Shown here in pieces: positions 31,639 to 42,738 of a stretch of DNA of 64,000 bases. Location of the stretch: assembly GCA_017853835.1 (NCBI GenBank), contig JAFMIU010000006.1:340-64339 (forward strand), in the 5' to 3' direction. The stretch is from Pirellulales bacterium. GTDB taxonomy: Bacteria; Planctomycetota; Planctomycetia; Pirellulales; UBA1268. The notes under the pieces are model-generated. The model was not told the DNA's origin, did not search any database, and saw only the letters and a list, made by a program, of their open reading frames with translations. A program made the position numbers and the translations under genes. Position 1 is the first letter of the stretch. Every line of letters starts with the position of its first letter.

Positions 31639-32559
31639 ATGCGTGCCCCTCGACACCCCCCCGGCTTCACGCTGGTCGAACTTTTGGTGGTGATCGCCAT
31701 CATCGCCACGCTCATCGGGCTCCTCCTACCGGCCGTACAGAGTGCCCGGGAGGCGGCCCGACGCATTCAGTGCGCCAACCAGATGAAGCAGATCGGACTT
31801 GCCGTGGTGCAGGTTCACGACCAGAAGCGAGCCTTTCCGATGGGCCGCGACACCCGCAACGAGTTTGGACAGTCGTGGTCATTCCGCCTCCTGCCGCTGC
31901 TGGAGGAGCAGTCGATCTACAACGCGCTGATGAAGGACACCACGGTGCCGATGTGGGACGACCGCAACTCCCAGGCGATGCGGTCGCCGGTGCCGACGTT
32001 TTTCTGCCCGAGCCGTCGATCGCCAGCCGCCGACCGCAACTTCGACAACAACGACCGCCCGCCGGTGAAGGAGGGCGTGGGTGCGGGGGGCGACTATGCC
32101 GCCAACGCCGGCACCTACTTCAACTACGCCTCCGGCACCACCGCTCCGATCGATCTCAAGCAGGCGGGGCCGATCCACACGCTCTCAAAGGTGCGGGCGG
32201 CGCAGGTGACCGACGGCCTCTCCAAAACCTTCGCCGTGGGCGAGCGTCACATCCCGAAGGTCGACTCGTCGGTGGCGGGCAACATGCAGGACTGGACCCG
32301 GGGCGACACCGCCTTCTTCGCCTCGGACAACCCCTACGTCTGCTTCCGTGACCCGGCCCGAGGTCTCGCCACCGGAGCCGACGACATGAACCGTCGCAAG
32401 TTCGGCAGCATGCACCCGGGCATCACGCAGTTTGTCTTCCTCGACGGCCATGTCGAGCCGATCGAGGGGGAAATCGACACGACCGTGCTGCGGTGGTATT
32501 GCGCGATCGGCGACGGCAACGATCCCACCGCGCCAACCGACGGCACGGACGACACCTGA
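31639..32559 (+). CDS. DUF1559 protein with prepilin-type N-terminal methylation domain
   Basis: [64 protein letters not shown] near the C-terminus. CCGGAGG SD 8 nt upstream. Confidence 0.85.
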   Translation: MRAPRHPPGFTLVELLVVIAIIATLIGLLLPAVQSAREAARRIQCANQMKQIGLAVVQVHDQKRAFPMGRDTRNEFGQSWSFRLLPLLEEQSIYNALMKDTTVPMWDDRNSQAMRSPVPTFFCPSRRSPAADRNFDNNDRPPVKEGVGAGGDYAANAGTYFNYASGTTAPIDLKQAGPIHTLSKVRAAQVTDGLSKTFAVGERHIPKVDSSVAGNMQDWTRGDTAFFASDNPYVCFRDPARGLATGADDMNRRKFGSMHPGITQFVFLDGHVEPIEGEIDTTVLRWYCAIGDGNDPTAPTDGTDDT

Positions 32560-32598
32560 TCGGCTACACTGACGGTGATCCTCCTGGAGTCATCGTTC

Positions 32599-34092
32599 AT
32601 GTCGAAGGTACTGCCCGTTCGCAATCTCATCGGTGGTGAATGGACCACCGTGTCGGGCGTCTCGACGACGCCCGTCCACAATCCGTCCGTCGGCGAGATC
32701 ATCGCCGAGACGCCGCTCTGCGGAGCCGACGTGATCGATCAGGCGGTGCAGGCGGCCGCCAAGGCGTTTCCGGTGTGGATGGAAACGCCTCCCGTCGAAC
32801 GCGCACGGATTCTCTTTCGGCTCAAGGTGCTCCTCGAGGATCAGTTCGACGAACTGGCCCGCATGGTCACCATGGAGCACGGCAAGACACTCGCCGAGGC
32901 GCGCGGTGACGTCCGACGTGGACTCGAAAACATCGAGTTTGCGTGTGGCATCCCCAGCCTGCTGATGGGCGAGTCGGCGGAAAACATCGCCCGTGGGATC
33001 GACTGCGACTCGATCCGGCAGCCGCTCGGCGTGGTGGCCGGCATCACCCCGTTCAACTTCCCGGCGATGGTGCCGCTCTGGATGTGGCCGATCGCCATCG
33101 CCTGCGGCAACACCTTCGTGCTCAAGCCGAGCGAGAAGGTGCCGCTGACGACGATTCGCATTGCCGAGGTGGCCCTCAAGGCAGGCCTGCCTCCTGGGGT
33201 GCTCAACGTCGTGCACGGTGGCCGCGAAGCAGTCGATGCGATCCTGGCGCATCCCCTGATCAAGGCGGTCTCCTTCGTCGGGTCGACGCCGGTGGCGAGG
33301 GAGATCCACCGCATCGGCACCGCCAACGGCAAACGCGTGCAGGCGGCCGGAGGGGCAAAAAACTTCGTGCTCGTCATGCCCGATGCCGACGTCACCCCCA
33401 CGGCCACGGGCATTCTGGAAGCGGCCTTCGGCTGCGCCGGTGAGCGATGCATGGCCGGATCCACCGCCATCGCGATCGGCAAGGCGGCTGAAACCGTCCT
33501 GCCTCAGCTGGTAGACGTGGTGTCGAAGATCAAGGTCGGCCCGACCGACCGCGACCCTGAAGCCCAGATGGGGGCGGTGATCACGCGGCAGCACGCCGAT
33601 CATGTCTGCGGCCTCATCTCGAAAGCCGCCGACGCCGGAGCGAAGCCGCTCACCGACGGCCGCACGACGAAGGTGCCATCGGCCCCCAACGGGTTTTTCG
33701 TGGGCCCTACGGTGCTCGACCACGTGCAGCCTGGCATGGTGACGATGAAGGAGGAGGTGTTTGGGCCGGTGCTCAACGTCGTGCGCATGGACGACCTCGA
33801 CGCCGCCATCGAGCTGGCCAACTCGTCACCCTACGGCAATGGCGCCGCCATCTTCACGCGGAGCGGGAAGGCGGCCCGTGAGTTTCGGCATCGCGTGCAG
33901 GCCGGCATGGTGGGCATCAACATCGGCGTGCCGGCGCCCATGGCGTTCTTTCCGTTTTCCGGATGGCACGCGTCGTTCTTCGGCGACCTCCACCTGCAGG
34001 GCCGCGAGAGCGTCGCCTTCTACACCCAGCAGAAGGTGACCACCACCCGGTGGTTCAGTTACGGCGAAGGGACGATCTGGGCCGACCGATAA
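32599..34092 (+). CDS. mmsA: CoA-acylating (methyl)malonate-semialdehyde dehydrogenase
   Basis: Aldehyde dehydrogenase fold. NLIGGEW, FVLKPSEKVP, GERCMA catalytic Cys context. Length ~497 aa. Confidence 0.85.
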   Translation: MSKVLPVRNLIGGEWTTVSGVSTTPVHNPSVGEIIAETPLCGADVIDQAVQAAAKAFPVWMETPPVERARILFRLKVLLEDQFDELARMVTMEHGKTLAEARGDVRRGLENIEFACGIPSLLMGESAENIARGIDCDSIRQPLGVVAGITPFNFPAMVPLWMWPIAIACGNTFVLKPSEKVPLTTIRIAEVALKAGLPPGVLNVVHGGREAVDAILAHPLIKAVSFVGSTPVAREIHRIGTANGKRVQAAGGAKNFVLVMPDADVTPTATGILEAAFGCAGERCMAGSTAIAIGKAAETVLPQLVDVVSKIKVGPTDRDPEAQMGAVITRQHADHVCGLISKAADAGAKPLTDGRTTKVPSAPNGFFVGPTVLDHVQPGMVTMKEEVFGPVLNVVRMDDLDAAIELANSSPYGNGAAIFTRSGKAAREFRHRVQAGMVGINIGVPAPMAFFPFSGWHASFFGDLHLQGRESVAFYTQQKVTTTRWFSYGEGTIWADR

Positions 34093-34219
34093 TCGGTGGC
34101 CCAACGGCCATTGGGCGCGGTACAATGCAGTGTCGGCGTTTCAGACCCTCGCGCCGGCTGCCTCCGCCGCGCGCATGGCGGAGCCCTCGTGCCGGGTCGT
34201 CCGCCATGGCACGACACTC

Positions 34220-35470
34220 ATGTCCCCCGTCCCCTCGTCGATCGAATCGGGCGTGCCCCCTCGCGATCCGATCGCCCGGCTCGCAGCGATACGTCATGAG
34301 TTTGGTGAGCACGGGGGCGTGAACCTCTCGATCGAGACGAGTTCCACGTTCACCGTGCTGGAGGCGGGCCGCCTTCCTGACATCTTTCAGGGCCGATCAG
34401 GACCGCGAGGCGGTTGCTTCCTCTACGGCCGCCACTTCAATCCCACCGTGATGGCCCTGTCGCGGCAGTTGGCGGCCCTCGAAGCCACCGACCATGCCAC
34501 CTGCACGTCCAGCGGCATGGCCGCGATTTCGGCCGCGATCCTGTCCTGCTGCACCACCGGTGACCACATCGTCGCCGCGAGCACCCTCTACGGCGGCACC
34601 TGGGCCCTGCTGCACGAGTTCCTTTCACAGAAGGCCGGCATCGAGACAACGTTCGTCGACATCGCCGATCCGGATGCGGTGGAACGGGCCTTCACCCCCC
34701 GCACCCGGCTCCTCTACACCGAATCGATCGCCAACCCGACCCTTCGGGTCGCCAACCTCCCCTCGCTCGCAACGATCGCCCACGACCGCGGCGCCAGGTT
34801 CATCGTCGACAACACGTTTTCTCCCTGCATCATCTCGCCGCGGCTCCACGGGGCCGACGTCGTGATCCACAGCCTCACGAAGTTCATCAACGGTGCCTCC
34901 GACATCGTCGCGGGCTGCATCTGCGCCGACGGCCCCTTCATCGATGGGATGTACGACCTCCATGTCGGCACCCTGATGCTGCTCGGCCCGACGATGGATC
35001 CGCGGGCCGCCTACGAGGTGGCGACTCGGCTGCCAAGCCTCGGGCTGAGAATCCGCGAGCATTCGCGACGGGCCCTGTCGTTTGCCCAACGGCTCGAGCA
35101 GCTCGGGGCTCGGGTCGTCTATCCGGGCCTCCCGTCGCATCCCGACCATGCCCTCCTGGAACGGCTTGCCAACCCCGACTACGGGGCCGGCGGCATGCTC
35201 ACGGTCGACATCGGATCTGCGGACCGGGCCAGTCGCTTCATGGAACATCTCCAGAATGCCGAGGACTTCGGCTACATGGCGGTGAGCCTCGGCTTCAGCG
35301 AAACACTCATGAGCGCCAGCGCCGCAAGCACGTCGAGCGAGATGGATGACGAAAGCCTGGCGAAGGCCGGCATTTCGCGTGGGCTGGTGCGAATCTCGGC
35401 CGGCTACACCGGCCGGCTCGAGGACCGCCTCGACCAGCTGGAGCGGGGATACCGAGCGGCGTGCGGCTGA
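34220..35470 (+). CDS. Cys/Met-metabolism PLP-dependent enzyme (gamma-lyase/synthase family)
   Basis: YGRHFNPT, SLTKFINGASDIVAG (PLP-Lys context), VSLGFSETLMS. Start is uncertain: ATG 34175 and 34130 are also in frame. Confidence 0.65.
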   Translation: MSPVPSSIESGVPPRDPIARLAAIRHEFGEHGGVNLSIETSSTFTVLEAGRLPDIFQGRSGPRGGCFLYGRHFNPTVMALSRQLAALEATDHATCTSSGMAAISAAILSCCTTGDHIVAASTLYGGTWALLHEFLSQKAGIETTFVDIADPDAVERAFTPRTRLLYTESIANPTLRVANLPSLATIAHDRGARFIVDNTFSPCIISPRLHGADVVIHSLTKFINGASDIVAGCICADGPFIDGMYDLHVGTLMLLGPTMDPRAAYEVATRLPSLGLRIREHSRRALSFAQRLEQLGARVVYPGLPSHPDHALLERLANPDYGAGGMLTVDIGSADRASRFMEHLQNAEDFGYMAVSLGFSETLMSASAASTSSEMDDESLAKAGISRGLVRISAGYTGRLEDRLDQLERGYRAACG

Positions 35471-35591
35471 ACTGGGCCGCACGATCCACTGCCAGCCCCG
35501 GCCGATCGACCGAGGCCGTCGCCCGGCGGTTGGACTACACTGGATGGCACGGCCGTGCGACGGCGAGGATCGCTTCGGGGGACATCACCGC

Positions 35592-36974
35592 ATGACGCTG
35601 CTCATCACCAACGCCGACATCGTCAACGCCGACAGCCGCTTCACCGCCGACATCCTCTGCGAGGGCGGATCGATCACCAGGATCGATCGCGGCATCGCCC
35701 CGCCATCGGGCGCCGAGGTGATCGACGCCACCGGGAAACACGTCTTCCCAGGCTTCATCGACCCCCACACGCACATCTACCTTCCCTTCATGGGAACGTT
35801 TTCGAAGGACGACTACGAGACCGGAACGAAGGCGGCTCTCGTCGGCGGCACCACCACGATCTTCGAGATGGTCTGTCCGTCGCGCAGCATGTCGCCCGCC
35901 GAGGGCTTTGCGCTCTGGCGGGCGCAGGCCGAGGGGAAGGCCTGCTGCGATTACGCCTTCCACATGGGCGTCACCCGATTCGATGCCGACGCTGCCGCCC
36001 AGCTCCGTGAGATCGTCGCGGCCGGCGTCGGCAGCTTCAAGGTGTTTCTCGCCTACAAGGGTGCCTTTGGCGTGGACGATGCCGAACTCTGGCAGACGCT
36101 CTCGCTCGCCAAGGAACTCGGCGTGATCGTCACCGCCCACTGTGAAAACGAGACCCTCGTCGCGGAACTGCAGAAGCAGCTTCTTGCCGACGGACGCACC
36201 GGTACCGACGCGCATCACGACAGCCGGCCGCCCGCCGTGGAAGCCGAGGGCGTCCACCACCTCACCACCTTCGCCCAACTGACCGGCGCCCATGTCTACA
36301 TCGTGCACCTGTCCTGCCGGGAGGCGCTCGAGGCGGCGATCGCCGCCCGGAGTCGCGGGGTGAAGGTGTTTGTCGAAACACTCATTCAATACCTGCTGCT
36401 CGACAAGACGTGGGCTGAGCGGCCGGCGTTCGAGGGGGCGAAGTATGTGATGTCGCCGCCACTTCGCGACGCGTCCAATCAGGAGGTGTTGTGGAACGGA
36501 CTCGCGAGCGGGCTGGTGAGCACCGTGGGCACCGACCACGCCCCGTTCGACTTCGTCGGCCAGAAACCGATGGGCAAGGACGACTTCACGAAGATCCCCA
36601 ACGGCATCCCGGCGATCGAGGACCGGATCAATCTGCTCTGGACCCGTGGAGTGAAGACCGGCCGACTGTCGCTCGAGCAGTTCGTGGCCGTGGCCAGCAC
36701 CAATGCGGCGAAGATCTTCGACCTCTGGCCTCGAAAGGGCGTGATCCAGCCCGGCGCTGATGCCGACCTCGTGGTCTACGACCCGTCCTACCGCGGCACG
36801 ATTTCGGCGCGGACGCAGACCCAGGCCGTGGACTACAACGCCTTCGAAGGCATGGCCATCGAGGGGCGACCGTCGGTGGTGACGGTTCGCGGTGAGGTGG
36901 CCGTTCGGGACGGCCGCTTCTGCGGAACGGTGGGGCGGGGTCGATTTCTGGAACGAACGCCGATGCACCGCTGA
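35592..36974 (+). CDS. Dihydropyrimidinase / D-hydantoinase
   Basis: LLITNADIVN, PGFIDPHTHIYLPF, FKVFLAYKG (carboxylated-Lys context), TDHAPF. Internal ATG of the track ORF. Confidence 0.85.
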   Translation: MTLLITNADIVNADSRFTADILCEGGSITRIDRGIAPPSGAEVIDATGKHVFPGFIDPHTHIYLPFMGTFSKDDYETGTKAALVGGTTTIFEMVCPSRSMSPAEGFALWRAQAEGKACCDYAFHMGVTRFDADAAAQLREIVAAGVGSFKVFLAYKGAFGVDDAELWQTLSLAKELGVIVTAHCENETLVAELQKQLLADGRTGTDAHHDSRPPAVEAEGVHHLTTFAQLTGAHVYIVHLSCREALEAAIAARSRGVKVFVETLIQYLLLDKTWAERPAFEGAKYVMSPPLRDASNQEVLWNGLASGLVSTVGTDHAPFDFVGQKPMGKDDFTKIPNGIPAIEDRINLLWTRGVKTGRLSLEQFVAVASTNAAKIFDLWPRKGVIQPGADADLVVYDPSYRGTISARTQTQAVDYNAFEGMAIEGRPSVVTVRGEVAVRDGRFCGTVGRGRFLERTPMHR

Positions 36975-37024
36975 CACCATGCGGTCGTGACGACCACGAC
37001 AGACGTTCGATGCTGTGAAATCCA

Positions 37025-38479
37025 ATGGCCGACACACATTCACCCGACCCACGTCTGTGGAACGAAGACCTCGCCCCGGTGCCGCCCGAGCGACGCACCT
37101 GGACCTCCTGGAACGTGGCCGCCCTGTGGGTGGGAATGGCCGTGTGCATCACCACCTACACGCTCGCCGCCAGCCTGATCGAACAGGGCATGAACTGGTG
37201 GCAGGCCACGCTCACCATCTTTCTCGGCAACCTGATCGTGCTTGTGCCGATGACGCTCAACGCGCATCCGGGCACCGCCTACGGGATTCCCTTTCCGGTG
37301 TTGCTGAGGGCGTCGTTCGGCACCGTTGGCGCCAACATTCCAGCCGTGATGCGGGGGCTCGTCGCCTGCGGCTGGTTTGGTATCCAGACCTGGGTGGGCG
37401 GAGCCGCGATCTATGCCACCGCAGCGGTGATCTTCGGGTTTGATCCGGCGGCCCGTCAGCCGATTCCATGGCTCGGCATTTCGGCCGGCGAGTTCCTCTG
37501 CTTCATGGTTTTCTGGGCGGTCAACGTCTGGTTCATCGTGCGGGGCATGGACTCGATCAAGTGGCTCGAGGCCGCGAGCGCCCCCTTCCTGCTCCTCGTC
37601 GGCCTCGGGCTCGTGGCCTGGGCCTGGAAGGCCGCCGATGGCTTCGGCCCGATCCTCAGCCAGCCCGCCCGATTCGCCTCAGCGGCTGAGTTCTGGCCAG
37701 TCTTCGGTGCCGGCCTCACGGCCATGATCGGCTACTGGGCGACCCTCTCGCTCAACATCCCCGATTTCTCACGATACGCACGCTCCCAGCGCGACCAGAT
37801 CGTAGGGCAGGCGGTGGGGCTTCCCGCCACGATGACCTTCTACTCGTTCATTGGAATCGTCGTGACGAGCGCCACGGTGGTGGTGTTTGGCGAGGCGATC
37901 TGGGATCCCGTTCAGGTGATCGCCCGGTTCGGAAATCCATGGGTGTCGGGCCTCGCGCTCATCACGCTCGCCGTGGCCACCCTTTCGACCAACATCGCCG
38001 CCAACGTCGTCTCGCCGGCCAACGACTTCGCCGCCCTGGCTCCCCGGTTCGTGAGCTTTCGCACCGGAGGCCTGATCACCGCGGCGATTGGCGTGGTGAT
38101 GCGGCCCTGGAAGCTCTATCAGGATCCGAGCGGCTACATTTTCACCTGGTTGATCGGCTACAGCGCCCTCCTCGGGCCGATCGCCGGCGTCATGATCGCC
38201 GATTATTTCCTCTGGCGCCGCCGCCGGCTCGTGGTGGATGACCTCTATCGCAGCACCGGTTCCTACCGGTATTCGGGCGGTTTCAGCCTCGTGGCGTTTG
38301 CGTCACTGGCCCTGGCCGTGCTCCCCAATCTCCCCGGATTCCTCGTGCGGATCGGCGTGGTGTCGGCAACGGTCTTTCCCGGGTGGCTGGTCGCCGGCTA
38401 CCACTACGCCTGGTTCGTCGGCTTCGCCCTTGGCTTCGTGATCTATTCCGTGCTGCGGCCGCTCCTTCCCCGCACCTAG
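37025..38479 (+). CDS. NCS1-family nucleobase/hydantoin:cation symporter
   Basis: [17 protein letters not shown]-terminus typical of NCS1. About 12 hydrophobic segments. 484 aa. Confidence 0.8.
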   Translation: MADTHSPDPRLWNEDLAPVPPERRTWTSWNVAALWVGMAVCITTYTLAASLIEQGMNWWQATLTIFLGNLIVLVPMTLNAHPGTAYGIPFPVLLRASFGTVGANIPAVMRGLVACGWFGIQTWVGGAAIYATAAVIFGFDPAARQPIPWLGISAGEFLCFMVFWAVNVWFIVRGMDSIKWLEAASAPFLLLVGLGLVAWAWKAADGFGPILSQPARFASAAEFWPVFGAGLTAMIGYWATLSLNIPDFSRYARSQRDQIVGQAVGLPATMTFYSFIGIVVTSATVVVFGEAIWDPVQVIARFGNPWVSGLALITLAVATLSTNIAANVVSPANDFAALAPRFVSFRTGGLITAAIGVVMRPWKLYQDPSGYIFTWLIGYSALLGPIAGVMIADYFLWRRRRLVVDDLYRSTGSYRYSGGFSLVAFASLALAVLPNLPGFLVRIGVVSATVFPGWLVAGYHYAWFVGFALGFVIYSVLRPLLPRT

Positions 38480-38513
38480 GCTCCCCTCTCATCCCCTCGT
38501 CAGGAAGTTCTCG

Positions 38514-39869
38514 ATGACCACCATGCCGTCGACCAGTCCCGCCCTTCCTCCGTGCGACCACCGCCCGAAGCCCTATGCCGGTCCGTCGAAGGCGGAGGTG
38601 ACCGCCCTGCGGAAGCAGTTCGTGAACCCGGCGATCTTCACCTACTACAAAGAGCCCCTCATGATCGTCGAGGGGCACATGCAATACCTCTACGACGAGA
38701 CCGGCCGCCGCTACCTCGACGGCTTCGGCGGAATCGTGACGGTGAGCGTGGGCCACTGCCACCCGAAGATCGTGGCGGCCGTGAACCGGCAGAACGAACT
38801 CCTCCAGCACACCACCACGATCTACCTGAATCCCTGCATCGCGGAATACGCCCGCGACCTCGCCGCGAGGATGCCCGGCGACCTGAAGGTGTGCTACTTC
38901 GTCAACTCGGGCTCCGAGGCCAATGACCTCGCGATCCTCATGGCCCGCGCCTTCACCGGCAACTTCGACGTGCTGGCGCTTCGCAACTGCTACCACGGCG
39001 GGAGCATGCAGACGATGGGCCTCACGAGCCATCACACCTGGAAGTACAACGTGCCGCACTCGTTTGGCATCCAGCACGCGGCGTTTCCCGATCGCTTCCG
39101 AGGCCCGTGGGGCTACGACGATCCCGATGCCGGGCGGAACTATGCCGCCGACGTGCAGAACCTGATCGAGTTTGGCACGCCTGGCAAGGTGGCCGCCTTC
39201 ATCGCCGAAAGCATTCAGGGCGTGGGCGGGGCGGTGGTGTTTCCCGATGGCTACCTGAAGGCCGCCTACGCACATGTCCGCGCCGCCGGCGGCCTCTGCA
39301 TCGCCGACGAGGTGCAGGCGGGCTTTGCCCGCACGGGTTCCCACTTCTGGGGCTTCGAGACCCAGGGCGTGGTGCCCGACATCGTCACGATGGCGAAGGG
39401 CATCGGAAACGGCGCGGCACTCGCCGCCGTCGTCACGACCCCGGCGATCGCCCAGACGCTCACCTCGCGAATCCACTTCAACACCTTCGGCGGCAACCCC
39501 ATCTCCTGCACGCAGGGGCGGGCGGTGCTGGAGGTGATCGATGAGGACGGCATCCAGCACAACGCGGCGACGATCGGGGCGAAGCTCAAGGCGGGACTCC
39601 ACGACCTGGCTCGCCGCCACGACCTGATCGGGGATGTCCGTGGCCTTGGCCTGATGCTCGGCGTGGAACTGGTCAAAGACCGGACCGGCAAGGCCCCGGC
39701 CAAGGAGGAGTGCATGCGGGTGTTCGAACGCTGCCGGGAACTGGGCCTGCTCATCGGCAAGGGGGGGCTTCATGGCAACGTGCTGCGAATCAAGCCCCCG
39801 ATGTGCCTGACCGAGGCCGACGCCGACTTCATGCTGGGGGTTTTGGACGTTTCCCTCGGCAGTGTGTAG
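38514..39869 (+). CDS. Class-III aminotransferase (AGXT2 / beta-alanine:pyruvate type)
   Basis: [45 protein letters not shown]. Confidence 0.8.
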   Translation: MTTMPSTSPALPPCDHRPKPYAGPSKAEVTALRKQFVNPAIFTYYKEPLMIVEGHMQYLYDETGRRYLDGFGGIVTVSVGHCHPKIVAAVNRQNELLQHTTTIYLNPCIAEYARDLAARMPGDLKVCYFVNSGSEANDLAILMARAFTGNFDVLALRNCYHGGSMQTMGLTSHHTWKYNVPHSFGIQHAAFPDRFRGPWGYDDPDAGRNYAADVQNLIEFGTPGKVAAFIAESIQGVGGAVVFPDGYLKAAYAHVRAAGGLCIADEVQAGFARTGSHFWGFETQGVVPDIVTMAKGIGNGAALAAVVTTPAIAQTLTSRIHFNTFGGNPISCTQGRAVLEVIDEDGIQHNAATIGAKLKAGLHDLARRHDLIGDVRGLGLMLGVELVKDRTGKAPAKEECMRVFERCRELGLLIGKGGLHGNVLRIKPPMCLTEADADFMLGVLDVSLGSV

Positions 39870-39985
39870 TGAAAAAGCGTGTTTTTTGACGAAAAAACGC
39901 CGAAACCTTGGCTCGGGACGGTCGTTGAACCCCGCGTGGAAGAGTTCTGCGCCTCAGGTATTCTCGACCACCCAGGAGCGCGGTC

Positions 39986-40819
39986 ATGGCAACGGCATCG
40001 ATGAATCGGCGACAAGCGGTGGCGGCAATGGCCGCCGATCGACGACGGGAGGGTGCGGGAGCCCGTTTCTGGAAGCGGGCTGGCATTGCCCTGGCCGTTC
40101 TGGCCCTCCTGACGCTCTTTTTCCTGTGGGCGTTTGGCGCCTTTTCCACGCCGGCGGAGGTTCGTGCCGTGCAGCAGGCGGTGGATCAGCAGGTGGCCGA
40201 CCTTGATCGCATGGCCCGCGGTGAGATTCCCTACGATCCGGGTGGAGGCACGTCGGCCGTTTTCGAAACCATGAGAAACATGCCCGAGGGCTACCGTGAT
40301 CAGGCCCGGCAGCAGATGGGACGGCTCTTCGAAGCCCGTGAGCGGGCGGAGATGGCCTCGTATTTCGCCACGCCAGGCCCCCAGCGGCAGGCGGAAATGG
40401 ACCGTCGCATCAAGGCCGAGGAAGAACGGCGCCGCCAATGGCGGGCTGAATGGGCGAACCGTGATCAGAATCAGGGTGGCAACGCCGGTGGGCGTGGAGG
40501 CCCGCCAGGCAATGCGATGGCGGGCGGACCCGGTGGTCCCGGCGGCGGTGGCCCTGGTGGCCCCGGCGGTGGCTGGGGTGGCCGTGGCGGCGGCCCAGGT
40601 GGTGGTGGCCCCGGCGGTGGCGGCCCTCCTGGCGGTGGCGGCCCTCCCGGCGGCGGCCGTGGTGGCTCCCGCACGGAGGAAGGCCGCAACGATCGCAGCA
40701 AGCAGCGTTTGGACAAGACGAGCCCAGAACAGCGTGCCCAGAGCACGGAATACCGCCGTGCAAAGGAAGCCCGCCGACAGGAACTCGGCCTTGGCGGAGG
40801 CGGAGGACGCGGCGGCTGA
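39986..40819 (+). CDS. Membrane-anchored protein with Gly/Pro-rich low-complexity tract
   Basis: CAGGAGCG SD. TM segment IALAVLALLTLFFLWAFGAF. ~60-aa tract GGPGGPGGGGPGGPGGGWGGRGGGPGGGGPGGGGPPGGGGPPGGG. No recognisable catalytic motif. Confidence 0.5.
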   Translation: MATASMNRRQAVAAMAADRRREGAGARFWKRAGIALAVLALLTLFFLWAFGAFSTPAEVRAVQQAVDQQVADLDRMARGEIPYDPGGGTSAVFETMRNMPEGYRDQARQQMGRLFEARERAEMASYFATPGPQRQAEMDRRIKAEEERRRQWRAEWANRDQNQGGNAGGRGGPPGNAMAGGPGGPGGGGPGGPGGGWGGRGGGPGGGGPGGGGPPGGGGPPGGGRGGSRTEEGRNDRSKQRLDKTSPEQRAQSTEYRRAKEARRQELGLGGGGGRGG

Positions 40820-40862
40820 ACCGGGCATTCGTGGTGGCGGTGTCGTGGCCGAGGAGTGATGC

Positions 40863-41636
40863 ATGCGTCTTGGGTGCTGGTTTTTTATCCTGACGCTGTG
40901 GCTTCCATGGGCGCACGCCTCCGCCGCACAACCGCTTCGGGTGGGCATGGAGCTTTCCTATCCACCCTTCGAGATGACCGATCGTCAGGGCCGGCCGGCG
41001 GGGGTGAGCGTTCGTCTCGCCGAGGCACTGGGCCGGCATCTCGGCCGACCGGTTGAGATCGAAAACATCGCCTTCGACGGATTGATCCCGGCGCTCAAGG
41101 CGGGTCGCATCGACTGCGTGATCTCGTCGATGACGGCCACGCCGGAGCGGGCCAAGTCGATCGCTTTTTCCGCGCCCTATCTCAAGACGGGGCTCGCGCT
41201 CTTGATTGCCGAGCGATCGCCAGTGACCACCGCCGATGATCTCGACGTGGCGGGACGTGTCGTGGCGGTGAAGCAAGGCACGACGGGCCAGCAATGGGCA
41301 ACGTCGCTCACGCAGGCAAAGGTGCTGGTGCTCGACACCGAGGCAGCGGCGGTGCTCGAGGTGCTCCAGGGGCGTGCCGACGCGTTCGTCTACGACTCGA
41401 TGTCGGTCTACACGCATCACCACCGGCATCCAACGAAGACGCGGGCGGCGCTGCGGCCGTTTCGTGAAGAGTCGTGGGCCGTCGGGCTCAGGCTCGGCGA
41501 CGACGAACTCAAGCGGCAGGTGAACGAGTTTCTCGAGGCGTTTCGTGCCGATGGCGGCTTCGATCGGCTCGGCGACGAGTTTCTGGGAGAGCAAAAGGCC
41601 TCGTTCGCGAAGCAGGGCATCCCGTTTTATTTCTAG
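40863..41636 (+). CDS. Polar amino-acid ABC transporter substrate-binding protein
   Basis: Signal peptide. LRVGMELSYPPFEM, type-3 SBP family layout. 257 aa. Confidence 0.8.
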   Translation: MRLGCWFFILTLWLPWAHASAAQPLRVGMELSYPPFEMTDRQGRPAGVSVRLAEALGRHLGRPVEIENIAFDGLIPALKAGRIDCVISSMTATPERAKSIAFSAPYLKTGLALLIAERSPVTTADDLDVAGRVVAVKQGTTGQQWATSLTQAKVLVLDTEAAAVLEVLQGRADAFVYDSMSVYTHHHRHPTKTRAALRPFREESWAVGLRLGDDELKRQVNEFLEAFRADGGFDRLGDEFLGEQKASFAKQGIPFYF

Positions 41637-41770
41637 GACGCCGCTGGCACGACCGCTCGGCATCCGCCATTGGGCTCCCTGGGCCCGATCAACAAAACCC
41701 GCCACGCGATTCACCGCGCCGGTCCCACGGCTCACGCCGTTGGGCTTCGACGGACAAAGCCGCCCCCTCC

Positions 41771-41806
41771 GTCCAAGCCCAAGGCCGTAAGGCCTGGGAC
41801 ACGCCA
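41771..41806. repeat. 36-nt dispersed repeat, copy 2 (GTCCAAGCCCAAGGCCGTAAGGCCTGGGACACGCCA)
   Basis: 35/36 identical to 24782..24817. The single difference keeps a GNRA loop (GTGA vs GTAA). Lies in a 358-nt spacer inside the ABC operon. Confidence 0.8.
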
Positions 41807-41994
41807 CTCACTCCAACGCCGGCTAGAGCGCATCGCCGCTAGGTGTAGCGACGAGTTGATAATCCTGAGCGGGTAGGCGAGGGGGTCGGCGAACGCTCGA
41901 GGAGCCTTGGGCGTATCCTCGCCCCGGCGACGAGACTTTTGCCGCCCCCGAGCCGGCGATACACGTATCTCAGACGCGCTCTAGAATCTCTCCC

Positions 41995-42738
41995 ATGCCC
42001 CGCTGGCTTGCCACCACGATCGTCGTCAGCCTTCTCGCCCTGGCCACGGGCTGGGCCTTCGCCCGGCTCGACCAGACCTGGAACTGGGCCGTTCTCTGGG
42101 ACTACCGCGAGGTGTTCTGGCGGGGCTGGTGGATGACCGTCGGCCTGGCGCTGGCGGCCCTCGTCGCCAGCGGCGCCATCGGCCTCACCGCCGCCGTCAT
42201 GCTCCGATCCCGGATCACGCTCGTGTCGGCCGCGGCCCGCGTCTACGTCGAGCTCATCCGCGGAACCCCTCTCCTCGTGCAACTCCTCGTGGCCTGGTAC
42301 GTGATCGCGGCCGCCCTGCATCTCGGCTCCGACCACCGGTGGCTCGTCGGCGTGCTGGTGCTGGCGCTCTTCAGCGGTGCCTACATGGCCGAGATTTTCC
42401 GCGGCGGGCTCGATGCCATCCCGCGGGCTCAGATCGACAGCGCCCGCGCGATCGGCCTCACTCCCACCCAGACGTTTCGATTCGTGGTGCTGCCGCAGGC
42501 CGTGCGGCTCGTACTCCCGTCGGTCGCCGGGCAGCTGGTTTCGCTGATCAAGGATTCATCACTGCTGTCGGTGATTTCGATCGGCGAGTTCACCTTTGCC
42601 GCCCGCAACGTCAACTCCGCCACCTACTCCACCCTCGAAAGCTACCTTCCGCTTGCAGTGGGCTATCTCCTTCTCACCCTTCCCCTGTCGGCGGTGTCGC
42701 GCTGGCTCGAACGTCGTTTTCGGTACGAGTCGGCATGA
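41995..42738 (+). CDS. Polar amino-acid ABC transporter permease (His/Glu/Gln/Arg/opine family)
   Basis: YVELIRGTPLLVQL and AEIFRGGLDAIPRAQIDSARAIGL (EAA-loop-like). Confidence 0.85.
   Translation: MPRWLATTIVVSLLALATGWAFARLDQTWNWAVLWDYREVFWRGWWMTVGLALAALVASGAIGLTAAVMLRSRITLVSAAARVYVELIRGTPLLVQLLVAWYVIAAALHLGSDHRWLVGVLVLALFSGAYMAEIFRGGLDAIPRAQIDSARAIGLTPTQTFRFVVLPQAVRLVLPSVAGQLVSLIKDSSLLSVISIGEFTFAARNVNSATYSTLESYLPLAVGYLLLTLPLSAVSRWLERRFRYESA

Noticed and set aside
40470-40690. Repetitive GGN/CCN DNA that could be mistaken for a repeat array or CRISPR.
   Set aside because: It is an in-frame Gly/Pro low-complexity coding tract without a regular repeat-spacer periodicity. No CRISPR-like array or cas gene was seen anywhere in the window.
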